NCBI GenBank assembly: GCA_951406725.2
Contig: OX597816.1
Coordinates: 26,970,001-27,034,000, forward strand
DNA length: 64,000 nucleotides
Source: Octopus vulgaris
Lineage: Eukaryota
Direction: 5' to 3'
Shown: positions 41,592 to 56,554 of the stretch, one piece after another
How the letters are laid out: every line of letters begins with the position of its first letter
Numbering within the stretch: position 1 is the first letter of the stretch
Notes under the pieces: model-generated
The model's input: only the letters and a program-made list of their open reading frames with translations
Told to the model about the DNA's origin: nothing
Databases searched by the model: none
Program-made: the position numbers and the translations under genes

Positions 41592-44235
41592 TGTAACGGG
41601 AGTGAATATCTTCTCTGCACTTTTTGGGTGCAGTTGGTGCAATCACTTTCCGTTGCTTTAATATCCAGATTCTACCAGTCAGAAACAACAAGACGCAGAC
41701 GTAAAAAATATATATCTACTTTATTCTCTTATGACAGTAACAAATAAGTGGTGTATCTGGTATCCCTTTGGTATGGATGTGTCAGAGCTGAACTTTATCG
41801 CTGTAGAATTTACAGTGTCCAAATGCAAACGACACTGGTCAAGATGGCGTCCGAATAGGAAGAAGATGATGTCTGCAACAAATCCTGGTTAAAAGTCTTG
41901 GTAAAGGCTGCTGCTATGTCAAGTTCGGACAGAGAGAGAGAACTACACGTCTTGTACCTTCGATAGCTGTGTCTCAAGTCACTGCCTACTGGACGCTGGT
42001 GGTCAACGTCTTACGCTCCTTTGCCTCGCGGCTAAACTGCCACGTTGGCAAATTCCTTCTTCCGGTGGTGAAAGCACCAACCCCGCACGCGCGAAACAGA
42101 AAAGGACGGTGCGCAAGCGCGCACAGTTATATAGGATCACTACAAAGCTCCGCCCCAGTGCGTAAGCACGACACAAAATTCTTTGTAGTGACTAATAAAA
42201 AACTCAAGGTGGACACCAGATAACCAAATAGCACACAATATACAAAAATGGCAGAATTTACAATATACATAAGAAATTCACCAAAAGGAAAAAATACTCA
42301 AAATGAGCAAAAATCAAAAGTGCATGCGTGAATAAGAATAGAGCCTTCCGCTGTAGGGAGCGGAAGGTAGGCAAACCTACAGTTAATAAACTTAGGCGAA
42401 GTTAAATCCAACTCCTCTAAAGGTGGTTGGTCCTGCGAAATAGCAGTTAAATCAATTGCTGCAGGAGAGGAAATGGAACTGACAGATAGATCGCTAGTAA
42501 CACAAAAGGCAGACAGTGCTTCAGCTGAAAGTGTAAGGTAAGCAAGGTGACAGTGCAAGCATGCTGGTGTGATGCGCGAGACAGATAACTTTCTCTGTTA
42601 ATTACGTGACCAACAGGGGTCTAACAGGGAAAAATATTACGCCTATACATGGGCGCAGCGCATGTGAACATCCGACGTTCTTTGAGTCGGGAAAAGAACT
42701 AAGCTAACGCAAACGTGTTGCAAAAACAAGGCAGTACACGTGCAGAGCAGTGGTGCATGAATGAAATAGGGCTTGCCAGAAAAACAGCAATGAATATGCC
42801 AGTGGTTAATGTAGTAAGGCTGAGCTGCCAGCCAGTGCTTGAGCGATTATATGCCTCGTTCGTACAGGAACAAAAGTGTGAAATGCTGGCGCGTTATAAT
42901 GGACAAACAACCCTCTCTATGTATACGTGACCCCTAGGGTCTTACAGAAATGAGGTGTGTCCACAATGGCAAATTTAGCATGGAAAAACAAGCGAGAAAA
43001 GCATGTGTGTGTACGTGTGTGCGACAGAAATACAAACAAGGTGAATGCGAGCAAAATAAAAATACAGCGCATAGGAAAAAGTCTCTCAGGGCTATTTCAG
43101 ACAAGATGGAGTTAATTTACCAGTCCGTAATAGCCTGATGCACAATAGCAGTTCGTTCTGTAACAGAATGTTGAGATCACAAATGCAGATGCCGGTTGAA
43201 CACATGTCGTGTAGCGGTTGTGGCTTCAATGCTGTGACAGGTTAACTGGGTACAGAAGATCTCGCAGATAGACTGTGCTGTTAATTCCGGTGTGTATACA
43301 CGAACAGCGTGTGGGCGAGTTGCTGTTTACATATTGTTGAGGTCGACGGTGTTGAAGGCGACGGTGATGAAGGCGACTGTGGTGGACTTGAGGCACATTG
43401 TTCTTAGTGGTGATGGCGACGAAGATAACGACGACGTGAAGTCGAAAGACGACGATGGTGATGACGACGGCAGAGAAAAAGCATCGTTGATATGATGGCG
43501 TCCGTCATTATTGCTGAAGAATAAGAAAGGCTCCTTCTATAACTGTTTGAGGGGACCGGAAACAAATCGTCGAAAGATGAATGCGTAGAGTTGATCGTGT
43601 TCAGACTTGGCAGAAAAACTGGATTTTTTGTTGTTAAGTGATCTCTGCTTTAAGACCAGAATCACGTCGGGGGTCACCAGTGTAACGGGAGTGAATATCT
43701 TCTCTGCACTTTTTGGGTGCAGTTGGTGCAATCACTTTCCGTTGCTTTTAATAATCCAGATTCTACCAGTCAGAAACAACAAGACGCAAACGTAAAAAAT
43801 ATATATCTACTTTATTCTCTTATGACAGTAACAAATAAGTGGTGTATCTGGTATCCCTTTGGTATGGATGTGTCAGAGCTGAACTTTATCGCTGTAGAAT
43901 TTACAGTGTCCAAATGCAAACGACACTGGTCAAGATGGCGTCCGAATAGGAAGAAGATGATGTCTGCAACAAATCCTGGTTAAAAGTCTTGGTAAAGGCT
44001 GCTGCTATGTCAAGTTCGGACAGAGAGAGAGAACTACACGTCTTGTACCTTCGATAGCTGTGTCTCAAGTCACTGCCTAGTGGACGCTGGTGGTCAACGT
44101 CTTACGCTCCCTTGCCTCGCGGCTAAACTGCCACGTAGGCAAATTCCTTCTTCCGGTGGTGAAAGCACCAACCCCGCACGCGCGAAACAGAAAAGGACGG
44201 TGCGCAAGCGCGCACTGTTATATAGGATCACTACA
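41592..44235 (-). mobile_element. Young non-autonomous LTR retrotransposon (Gypsy-type)
   Basis: LTRs 41592-42144 and 43681-44235 (TG..CA, ~5 substitutions plus ~2 indels by eye); 4-bp TSD AATC; PBS TGGTGACCCCCGACGTGATT (43660-43679) matching the tRNA-Trp 3' end; purine-rich tract next to 42145; no pol ORF. Confidence 0.9.
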
Positions 44236-44329
44236 AATCAGTTGGTATGTATGTGTATGTGTGGTGTGTGTGTGTCTCTTCTATTTTTTAAGTATTATAA
44301 ATCTTCCACTGAGGAAGGAACCAGTTTCC

Positions 44330-44680
44330 AACAAAAATACAAGGGATGTAGTTAACATAGACAAATACACATTTGGAACTTGAGAAAAGTCTGCATGAAA
44401 TCACCGAAATGGCAGGAAACTATAGGCCCATTGCTTGCCTAAACATCATTTATAAACTGTACACAAGTTTGCCAAAACCAATTCCTCCAGGACCATTATT
44501 GGTCGAACCACATTGTGACTGATGAACAGGCTAGTGGAAAGAAGGGAGTGTGGGGATGTGCCGAACAACCTTTAATAAACAAAGTTGCATTGTCTGAAGA
44601 AAGCAACGCAGAAACCTTGTGAAACCTTGACTATAAGAAGGCATCCAATTCTATCCATCACTCATGGCTGTTGAAGTGAT
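44330..44680 (+). mobile_element. R4/Dong-like RT fragment
   Basis: YRPIACLNIIYKLYT, EQASGKKGVWGCAEQ, DYKKA..SI.HSWL. Confidence 0.75.
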
Positions 44681-44957
44681 ATATATATATACATACATAT
44701 ATACATATCTTGAAATAAAACTGAACAATGACATACATACATACATACATACAAACAAGGCAAATTGGAGACAGAATGAAAAACAAAAGCAAAACAAAAA
44801 CTCAGTTCTTAAAATGACCAAGGAGTTTTGTGCAGTCTTAAAGGCTTTTTATGGCTCGAAATACTGAAACATAAAGTAGTTTTTTTTCTTACTCAGACGT
44901 AAGAAGAGAGGGTGACGTAGATAAATAGACAGGAAGACCAACAAGACTAGCATTTAG

Positions 44958-44996
<39 letters not shown>

Positions 44997-45037
44997 AACA
45001 ACAACAGCAATCAACGAAAAGAAAATGGTTGCTGGGT

Positions 45038-45497
45038 CTCTTTTACTTGTTTCAGTCATTTGACTGCGGCCATGCTGGAGCACCGCCTTTAGTCGAGCAA
45101 ATCGACCCCAGGACTTATTCTTTGTAAGCCTAGTACTTATTCTATCGGTCTCTTTTGCCGAACCGCTAAGTTACGGGGACATGTACACACCAGCATCGGT
45201 TGTCAAGCGATGTTGGGGGAACAAACACAGACGCACAAACATACACACACACATATACATATGTATATATACATATATACGACGGGGGTGGGGACAAACA
45301 CAGACACACAAACACACACAAACACACACTCACACACACGCATACATATATACATATACACGACTGGCTTCTTTCAGTTTCCGTCTACCAAATCCACTCA
45401 CAAAGCTTTGGTCGGCCCGAGGCTATAGTAGAAGACACTTGCCCAAGGTGCCACGCAGTGGGACTGAACCCGGAACCAAGCTACTTACTACACAGCA
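45038..45497 (-). mobile_element. SINE family A with duplicated central segment
   Basis: Family A body; ACAAACACAGAC segment occurs twice. Confidence 0.88.
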
Positions 45498-45719
45498 GCA
45501 AAAATTTCCTGAAATTACATTGTTCCTTTTCCAGAAGTGAAATGCTGCATAATGTAGTTCGGGATAGTCAGACTGAATAAAAGATGGGATGGTCAAAGCT
45601 AGATTGTCTTTCATGAAAGTTCTGCTCAGTTAGGGCCAACTAACACCTGAACAACAACAACAGCGGCAGCAGCAGTAACTGCAAGAATGGTGCTATTTTC
45701 TAAGGTGGCCACAACTAGT

Positions 45720-46300
<581 letters not shown>

Positions 46301-46747
46301 CAAGAACGACAGCCTGCTGATATCTGAACATTATCCCACCGTATCCACCATCCCTACAGCCAACCACCACCATCACCGGCAGCATCATTATCATTTCCCC
46401 CACCCTCCTCCATCAATACCGTTACCACCATCACCACCACCAGCATCACCGACGTATTTATACCCCACACCACCACCTCCATTCTCTAATTCTAGTTGTA
46501 CCAGTTTTATTTATTCTTGCATTCTCCCTTCTACATATTTCCTTTCACCGTTTTCTTTCAACCAACTTCTATCATCCCAACTTCACAACCATCACCTTGT
46601 TCTTCCCGCTTCTCTCTCTGTCTCCCTTTCTCTCCCCCTCTCTCCCCCTCCCTGTTTATCTAGCTAAACATCTATCTACCTACTTTTTCTCAACCCCCAC
46701 CATCTCTTTATCTCTTTATGTATGTGTATGACTATATGTGTCATATA

Positions 46748-47412
46748 GGTACTATTTAAGAGGAGTGGTCCCGGTGCGTTACACTCGCGTACTCGCGCAT
46801 CCGCGCTAGCTAGTCGTGACTAGTCGATCCTACATCGACTACCTAGCAAAGTAAATAAAACACAAAATAATTTGGATCTTTTCGGTTTGAACGGCAGTTT
46901 TTTCTAGCGGTGTCATATGAAATTGTCACCCATAATTATGACCCTAGTATCGATCTATTGCATTTCAATCTGTTTTAGGGTTAGGGTTAGGGGTGGGGGG
47001 AAGGGTATCTTTTTCTCTTCACAAATGTAAATAAACCCAATCTGTTTCTTAAACGAGGGGCATATTCATACGGCACAGAATGTTTTTTACCTCAATAGAC
47101 GTCAGTGATTGGTTGAAATTGCCGAAATGCAAGAAATTAAAGACCAAATATGTTACAAACTATAGAATTTTCTCAATAAAGCCAAGAGAAAAAGATGTTT
47201 TATAAACACATTCTACCAGTATACGAAGTTTAAAATTTTTTAGTTACCTAGAAATTATGTTAAAAACTGCCGTTCAAACCGAAAAGATCCAATAATTTTT
47301 TTAAAACAAAGTATATAAAACAAAACCCACAAAAGTAAGGATCGACTAGTCACTACTAGCTAGCGCGGATGCGCGAGTGTTCGCACCAGGACCACTCTTC
47401 TTAAATAGTACC
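46748..47412. mobile_element. GG-terminated TIR element containing a nested Merlin-like MITE (46874-47290)
   Basis: Outer TIR GGTACTATTTAAGA.GAGTGGTCC...CTAGTCGATCCT (~75 bp); inner MITE has exact TSD AATAATTT. Confidence 0.8.
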
Positions 47413-47481
47413 GTGTGTATAAATATACGTGTGGGTGTTTGTATGCATATATACGTTGAGTATATATTTGCATGCGTGTGC

Positions 47482-47516
<35 letters not shown>

Positions 47517-47754
47517 CGTGCGCCCATGTGTACATGCACGTGCGTGTGCGTGTGCGCGCGTGTGTGCGCGTGCGCATTTAAATACAGCCAAACTGGAAAG
47601 TTGGATCTGCCGTGTGTATGTTTTGCCGTTTCTAGTATTGTTGTTGTTGCTGCTGCTGTTTCCATTCAGACAGAAGAAGAGATACGAGATACGTCTAATT
47701 CACATTTACACTGAAGTGCTGTTTACACTCTGAGGTTATTTATTGCTTGGTGGC

Positions 47755-48821
<1,067 letters not shown>

Positions 48822-49284
48822 AACAGTACCAGTGAAAGCAATATCTCCCCAGACTTGGTGACAAGCAAGACTCAAAACATTTTCTCCAGGTTTTGTTTGA
48901 CTAAACTCTATGAAACATTGCGGGGCGGAGGAGGCGGGGAAAAGAAAAAGAAAAAGAAAAAAACCCCAGAAAACGATTTTTTTTTTTATCGATCTATTGA
49001 TTTAGTTTCTCCGTTTGTTCGTTCCTCTAGTTCCAACAGGAGCGGTCGGGGGACACTGTCTGCCTGTCTGTCTGTCCGTCTGCCTGCCTGCCAGTCTCTC
49101 ATCCCTACCTCCGCTTCTCTCTCTCTCTCCCTCCCTCTCCATCTTTCTTTCTCCGTCTCGGTAATAATGATTTCACTCTCAGGTACAAAAGCCTTCGCAT
49201 ATATTTTCTTTCGAGGTGTGACGTAGTAATACAAGAGGAGTCGACTGATTCCAGTACAGTCTCAGGTTACGGAGGTATTAGAGA

Positions 49285-50650
49285 TGGTGGCGGTTGTGGT
49301 GGTGGTGGTGGTTGTGGTAGTGGTGGTTGTGGTAGTGGTGTGTGGTGTGGTGGTGGTGGTTGGTGGTTGTGGTAGTGGTGGTTGTGGTAGTGGTGGTTGT
49401 GGAAGTGGTGGTTGTGGTAGTGGTGGTTGTGGAAGTGGTTGATGGTTGTAGTGGTGGTTGTGGTAGTGGTGGTTGTGGTAGTAGTGATTGTGGTAGTAGT
49501 TGGTAGTTGTGGTAGTGGTGGTTGTGGTTGGTAGTTGTAGTAGTGGTGGTTGTGGTAGTGGTGGTTGTGGTAGTGGTGGTTGTGGTAGTGGCAGTTGTGT
49601 GGTGGTGGTGGTTGTGGTAGTGGTGGTTGTGGTAGTAGTGATTGTGGTAGTGGTTGGTAGTTGTGGTAGTGGTGGTTGTGGTTGGTGGTTGTAGTAGTGG
49701 TGGTTGTGGTAGTGGTGGTTGTGGTAGTGGTGGTTGTGGTAGTGGTGGTTGTGGTGGTGGTGGTTGTGGTGGTGGTGGTAGTAGTGATTGTGGAAGTGGT
49801 TGGTTGTAGTTGTAGTAGTGGTGGTTGTGGTAGTAGTGATTGTGGAAGTGGTTGGTAGTTGTAGTAGTGGTGGTTGTGGTAGTGGTGGTTGTGGTAGTGG
49901 TGGTTGTGGTAGTTGTTGTGGTGGTGGTGGTTGTGTGGTGGTGGTTGTGGTAGTAGTGGTTGTGGAAGTGGTTGGTAGTTGTAGTAGTGGTGGTTGTGGT
50001 AGTGGTGGTTGTGGTAGTGGTGGTTGTGGTAGTGGCAGTTGTGGTAGTGGTGGTTGTGGTAGTGGTGGTTGTGGTAGTAGTGATTGTGGAAGTTGTTGGT
50101 AGTTGTAGTAGTGGTGGTTGTGGTAGTGGCGGTTGTGGTGGTGGTGTTTGTGGTAGTGGTGGTTGTGGTAGTAGTGGTGGTTGTGGTAGTGGTGGTTGTG
50201 GTAGTGGTGGTTGTGGTAGTGGTGGTTGTGGTAGTGGTGGTTGTGGTAGTGGCGTTGTGGTGGTGGTGTTTGTGGTAGTGGTGGTTGTGGAAGTTGTTGG
50301 TAGTTGTAGTAGTGGTGGTTGGTAGTGGTGGTTGTGGTGGTGGTGGTGGTTGTGGTAGTGGTGGTTGTGGTAGTAGTTGGTAGTTGTGGTAGTGGTGGTT
50401 GTGGTAGTGGTGGTTGTGGTAGTGGTGTTTGTGGTAGTGGTGGTTGTGGTAGTGGCGGTTGTGGTGGTGATGTTTGTGGTAGTGGTGGTTGTGGTAGTAG
50501 TTGGTAGTTGTGGTAGTGGTGGTTGTGGTTGTGGGTTGTGGTAGTTGTGGTGGTCGTGGTCGTCGTGTATTATTGGTTGTGGTGGTAGTCGTGGTGGTGA
50601 TAGTGGTGGCGGTGGTGGTCGTGGCAGCTGTGATGGTTGTTGTGAAGGTG
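49285..50650. repeat. GT-rich minisatellite, 15-bp unit GGTAGTGGTGGTTGT
   Basis: Dozens of degenerate 15-mers. Confidence 0.93.
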
Positions 50651-51109
50651 GTGTTTAGTAAAGGTGGGAGTTAGCGATTCAGCCGCTGACTCTGAATCCA
50701 TTTCCAGTGCAGTGTCAGGTTACTGAAGTGGAGTGAACAGCTAAATTATGTAACTTCGTTCAAAGTCTTGGATAAAAGATTTCTTCGGAATAGGGCTAGC
50801 ATCAATTTTAGAGATGAGGAAGTACAAGACTGAAACGGTCTCCCTGTCTCCCGGTCTGTCTCTCTATCTCTCTCTCCCTCCCCCTCTCTCTCTCACTTTC
50901 TCTCTCACATACGCACACGCACACACACACACACATGCGCTCGCTCGCGCATACACACATGTATATACACCCTACAAACACAAAAACATGTACCATACAT
51001 AGACACATATCTACAGAAATAGACATATAACGAGGTGGAATAAATGAAGGCGATGTAAAAATGTATACAGTGATCCCTCGCTACTTCGGTTCAACTATCG
51101 CAGATTCAC

Positions 51110-51174
<65 letters not shown>

Positions 51175-51752
51175 AAAACAAAGGACCACTGATGCGGTCA
51201 CAGGAGTGTGACGAAAGAACTCTGGCCGAAATAAGATTAAGATTAATGTAAAGAATAAATAACACTGAAGCAAAATAACACCAAATATATAGTGCGTGTG
51301 TTTTTATTGGCTAAACTGGCAAAATGACCATTCCGAAATATAACAATATCTGTTTCAACACACGACTTCACATAAAAAATCTTGCACAACAAATATTTAA
51401 ACGTATATATATAAACGTCAGCCCAGAATAACAGGACCCCAAAATATAAAAGATTCACAAACAAGTATATCTAATATGCATTCCCATCATATTGATATCA
51501 CAATGGTTTTGACACTGGTGAACTTTTACAGATATTTCAATTAATATTTACTAAAGAATTTTCAACAACGAACGGGCTAAAAAAAGTCCCCTCCATACAG
51601 AATAAACCATATCTTGAAATAAAACCTGACATACGTTAATAGCCGTCTTTCTTGCTTTTGTGTGTTATGTATGATACTGAAGACACAAATATGTCATTCA
51701 TTTTTACCCGTGAATAGATGAATATATAATTATCTCTCTCTCTTCACTCGCT

Positions 51753-51798
<46 letters not shown>

Positions 51799-52353
51799 GC
51801 GTCCAAGTGAGTAGAGACGCAGAGCTTTCAGGTGATTCTAATAATTAAGGCTTTTAACCAAAGATATTCTATAGTGAACGTTGTTTGTAACCTTTCAATG
51901 TCTTCTATGGGAACGCATGAGTTAGGAGACCAAAGCTGTGAGCAGTAATCTAATCTGCTCAGAGCTAGGGTTTTCCATAGAGTTCACATAGCTATTGGTT
52001 CTCTTGATACGAAGGTTCGTAGGATCCATCCAGAGACGTTTGCATTTTGAGGTCAGTTTGGTGATGTGGCTGACTTAAGATGTCTCATTTGACATGACTG
52101 CCCTAAGTCGCGTATGTCATTACCTAAGCCATCTTAATGCCAAGCTGTTCTTGATCATCAGCAATGTTATTTGTCAGGCGTGGTTGTATGGTAAGAAGTT
52201 TGCTTCGAAACTAAATTGCTTCAGGTTCAGTCCCGCTGCGTGGCACCTTGGGCAAATGTGTTGTGTAATAGCTTCTTTTGGTTGACGGACACTGAAAGGC
52301 ACCCATTGTGTGTGTGTGTGTGGGGGGGGGGGTAAGACGCTGGTATTCCTGGC

Positions 52354-52580
52354 GATGAGCTGGCAGAAACGTTAGCACACCGGGCGAAATGCTTAGCGGT
52401 ATTTCGTCTGCCGTTACGTTGTGAGTTCAAATTCCGCCGAGGTCGACTTTGCCTTTCATCCTTTCGGGGTCGATTAAATAAGTACCAGTTACGCACTGGA
52501 GTCGATGTAATTGACTTAATACCTATGTCTGTCCTTGTTTGTCCCCTCTATGTTTAGCTCCTTGTGGGTAATAAAAAAAT
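52354..52580 (+). mobile_element. SINE family B
   Basis: Flanking direct repeat TGGTATTCCTGGC at 52341-52353 and 52581-52593. Confidence 0.9.
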
Positions 52581-53104
52581 TGGTATTCCTGGCCTCTTTA
52601 TCTGTGTGACGCTCACGGTTTGCTTCAGATGTCATATCAGGAAAGCATTCAGTTCTCTTCTTACTCCCCTGTTGAAGTATATTACCAAAGTTGCCATGAT
52701 AGATCGTTAGCCACTACACAGATTTTTTTCTCTCCTTGTTTTTTCTGTGTCCCTTTCTGTAGAAGAGCGTAGGCTCGAAACGTAAAAGACTGTTTGTTTT
52801 GTACACCACCTGTCTTCGTCTTTTGTTTTTTTCGTAAACTCTCCCTATATATTACCAATGCCTCTGATCTGTTCGATAATATGGATAAATAACACAATTG
52901 CTCGGTATTATTTACACTTCCTCGGAGCAATCTCGTGCTAGATGTTCTACAGCTTCCCCGGGCAGCTGGACCACAACTGCCAAGGACAGGAATCTCTAGA
53001 GAGGAGTGATCCACTTTTCATGTTATGATTTGAAACCACACATGTGGACAGCCATCATTCACCATCTTCAGTAAATAAAAAGCATCAAATTTGAACAACT
53101 TTGA

Positions 53105-53264
53105 TGCAGGAGTGACTGTGTGGTAAGTAGCTTGCTAACCAACCACATGGTTCCGGGTTCAGTCCCACTGCGTGGCATCTTGGGCAAGTGTCTTCTACTA
53201 TAGCCTCGGGCCGACCAATGCCTTGTGAGTGGATTTGGTAGACGGAAACTGAAAGAAGTCTGTC

Positions 53265-53360
<96 letters not shown>

Positions 53361-53689
53361 CTGCGAAAAGATCTCAGAATTTTAATTGATTTGCTTTTCG
53401 TAGGAAGGAATTTTTCTTCGAAGTATACGTCTCGCTTTTATCCTTCGAAACGTTTTGTAGATGAAACTTTAGCGACTGAAGAAGGGGATTTTTCGTTGTG
53501 CTTATTGTCTTGTATCTCCTTTTTTTTTTTTTTTTTTTTTGCTTGTCTTGTTCCTTGGTTTGTGTCTATGTTTTTCGTCTCTCTATGTGTTCGACGTCTT
53601 TTTGGTGTCCTGTACACATATATGCGTGTATATGTACATGTAGAGGTAGGTACGTACATATATGTTTATATATATGCATATATTTTATT

Positions 53690-53752
<63 letters not shown>

Positions 53753-53965
53753 GTATGTTTGTGTGTCCGTGTTTGTCCCCCTAGCATTGCTTGACAACCG
53801 ATGCTGGTGTGTTTACGTCCCCGTCACCTAGCGGTTCGGCAAAAAGAGACCGATAGAATAAGTACTGGGCTTACAAAAGAATAAGGTCCCGGGGTCGATT
53901 TGCTCGACTAAAAGGCGATGCTCCAGCATGGCCGCAGTCAAATGACTGAAACAAGTAAAAGTAAG
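53105..53965 (+). mobile_element. SINE family A with a ~330-bp foreign insert in its (TA)n tract
   Basis: Head 53105-53265, (TA)n, insert 53357-53690, (TA)n, tail. Confidence 0.85.
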
Positions 53966-54376
53966 TAACTTTCACTATTTTCTAATCAGTTTTAAATATC
54001 ATGATGATGACAGGAACGTTAAAAGTTAATAAACAAAACATTTTTGTGGTCGTTGGCATCATACGTGTCTTATATTGTTGTAGGATTTGTCTGTAGTAGA
54101 TATACCCACGGTGTGATTGATTTAGTGTGACTAAACATTGCAAACCAGGTAAGATATGTTTTGCTGAACCTTTAACAAGTTCTTATGAAAATTGATATTT
54201 ATATGCGTCCTTAATGTTTTAATTGGGATGTCATATTGGTCAAGGACACTTTTTGTCAAGCATAGTCAAAGAACTACAGAAAGAACTTCATGGTATGTAT
54301 GCTCTTTATGGAACTTTGCCATCACAAATCTGCATTTCCTTACTTTATAACTGTTGACAATTCTGAAAATGCTTTT

Positions 54377-55819
54377 CCCAGGTGACAACTGGCTTGAATA
54401 TATACTCTTTTACTCTTTTACCTGTTTCAATCATTTGACTGCGGCCATGCTGGAGCACCGCCTCTAATCGAAAAACTCGACCCCGGGACTTATTCTTTTG
54501 TAAGCCCAGTACTTATTCTATCGGTCTCTTTTGCCGAACCGCTAAGTTACGGGGACATAAACACACCAGCGTCGGTTGTCAAGCAATGCTAGGGGGACAA
54601 ACACAGACACAAAAACACACACACGCATATATATATATATATACATATATACGATGGTCTTCTTTCAGTTTCCGTCTACGAAATCCACTCACAAGGCTTT
54701 GGTCGGCCCGAGGCTATAGTGGAAGACACTTGCCCAAGGTGCCACGCAGTGGGACTGAACCCTGAACCATGTGGTTGGTTAGCAAGCTACTTACCACACA
54801 GCCACTCCTGTTTTGTATTTCAAAAATATGGCCAGTTGTGAGATAAGAAAATACAAGCTCCGATGCCGTTTGCTATATTTGTGGATGTTACACTTTTTAC
54901 CTAGGCAGCAAAACTAAATCACATATTTTGTAACGTAATCTTACCTTACTTTGGCATGAAACTGGGTTACAAAAACATTGCAGCGTATATAGTGTGTAAA
55001 AGATATATTCAAACACTGAACCGAGAGAGTAACTGTTTCATATACTTAAGCAGAGAGTTTCCAGCTTTGTTTCGTGAGAAAATTAAAATTTATGTGTTTA
55101 ACATACCACAGACTTGGTGGCTAATGCAGGACGAATAGATTTTGGACATCATGTCTGGCGTTGAAAAAGAATCGCGGAATGCTTTTACTGCAGTTATATC
55201 TGATTTCCTGACAAACAAATTAGACAGACTTCGTTAACTAGTTTCGAGTTTATTTGGTCGTAACATGAGTCTAAAAGTGCATTTCCTGTGAAGTCTTTTA
55301 GACTATTTCCCTGAAAATCATAATGCAATAAGTGATGAGGAAGTAGAAAGATTCCGTCAAGACATCGAGACCGTGGAGACAAGGAAACAAGGCAGGTGGA
55401 ACACAAATATGGTGGCTGACTAATGGTGGTCTCTGCAAATAGACTGTAATGATGCAAGTTATTCATGTAAAGCAGTAGAAAGAGAGAGAAAGAGAGAGAG
55501 AGAGTTCACTCCTAGAGCAACTAAACTTCACTTTGGCAGAAATATTTATCCTAAGATGTGTAATTAAACATTTTGTCTAACATATTTGTTAAACGATAAA
55601 AAGTACTATTTGCCTTGTGTTAGTTTCTTATTTCAGTATTGCATTTAATGGCAAAATTGACATTTTTTAGTAAAAAAAAAAACTGAATTCTAGTTTAATG
55701 AATATTGATGTGTTAGAAAATTTCTTATGGCGTCTCAGAACGCAGTATCGTCACATTAGGTAGGACGAATCGTAAAAAATGCAAAACAACTAAAACTATT
55801 TCTAAAATGTCACCCGGTG
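54377..55819 (+). mobile_element. Chapaev3-like (CMC) DNA transposon remnant with nested family-A SINE (54403-54810)
   Basis: FPEN..AISDEE.ERF.QDI..VE.R.QGRW...M.AD.WWSL (~55310-55435); right end TGTCACCCGGTG followed by TTA. Left end and superfamily assignment are approximate. Confidence 0.6.
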
Positions 55820-55834
55820 TTATTTAGAAAAGAA

Positions 55835-55865
<31 letters not shown>

Positions 55866-56061
55866 ATGAAAGCAGCTGACCACCCCTAATTACTTAAGGA
55901 CAGGCAATGCAATTGTGCTTATTCGGAGATTAAAGCGTTAGAAAAACAAACCTTGACGTGGTAGAAGAAAACTGTCGATCTGAAATTAGCATGCCAGTTT
56001 TAGTCTAAGTCAATTGTAAAATCAAACTCAACAAAAATTATGTTTAAAAATTGTTCCCTTG

Positions 56062-56098
<37 letters not shown>

Positions 56099-56554
56099 AG
56101 TAAAAAAGTGTAAAACACCATATCTCTCCAGTGTCGCCCCATGTCAGATTCCTAAACATCGATGTTTCTAAAAGAGCTAGAAATACATACATACATACAT
56201 ACATACATACATACATACATACATACATACATACATACATACATACATACATACATAAGTACATACATACATATATACACATACACATTCAAAATGTGAC
56301 CGCGTGTGTACCATTGGCGATTTTTTTTCCTCATTCAAAATGTGACCGCGTGTGTACCGTTGGCGAATTTTTTCCCTCTGTCTTCCCTTCTCTGGATCTT
56401 TCCTTCTCCCATGTTTCCGACGAAGAGCTCCGCTCGAAACGTTAAACCCTCCTTCTTTCCTTCTTTCCTGAGCGTCCAATAATGCTTTATTTGTTCCACG
56501 TCCTCGCATCGTTGTGTTTTTTTGTGCTTTCTTGTTTGGATTAGCTTTATATAT

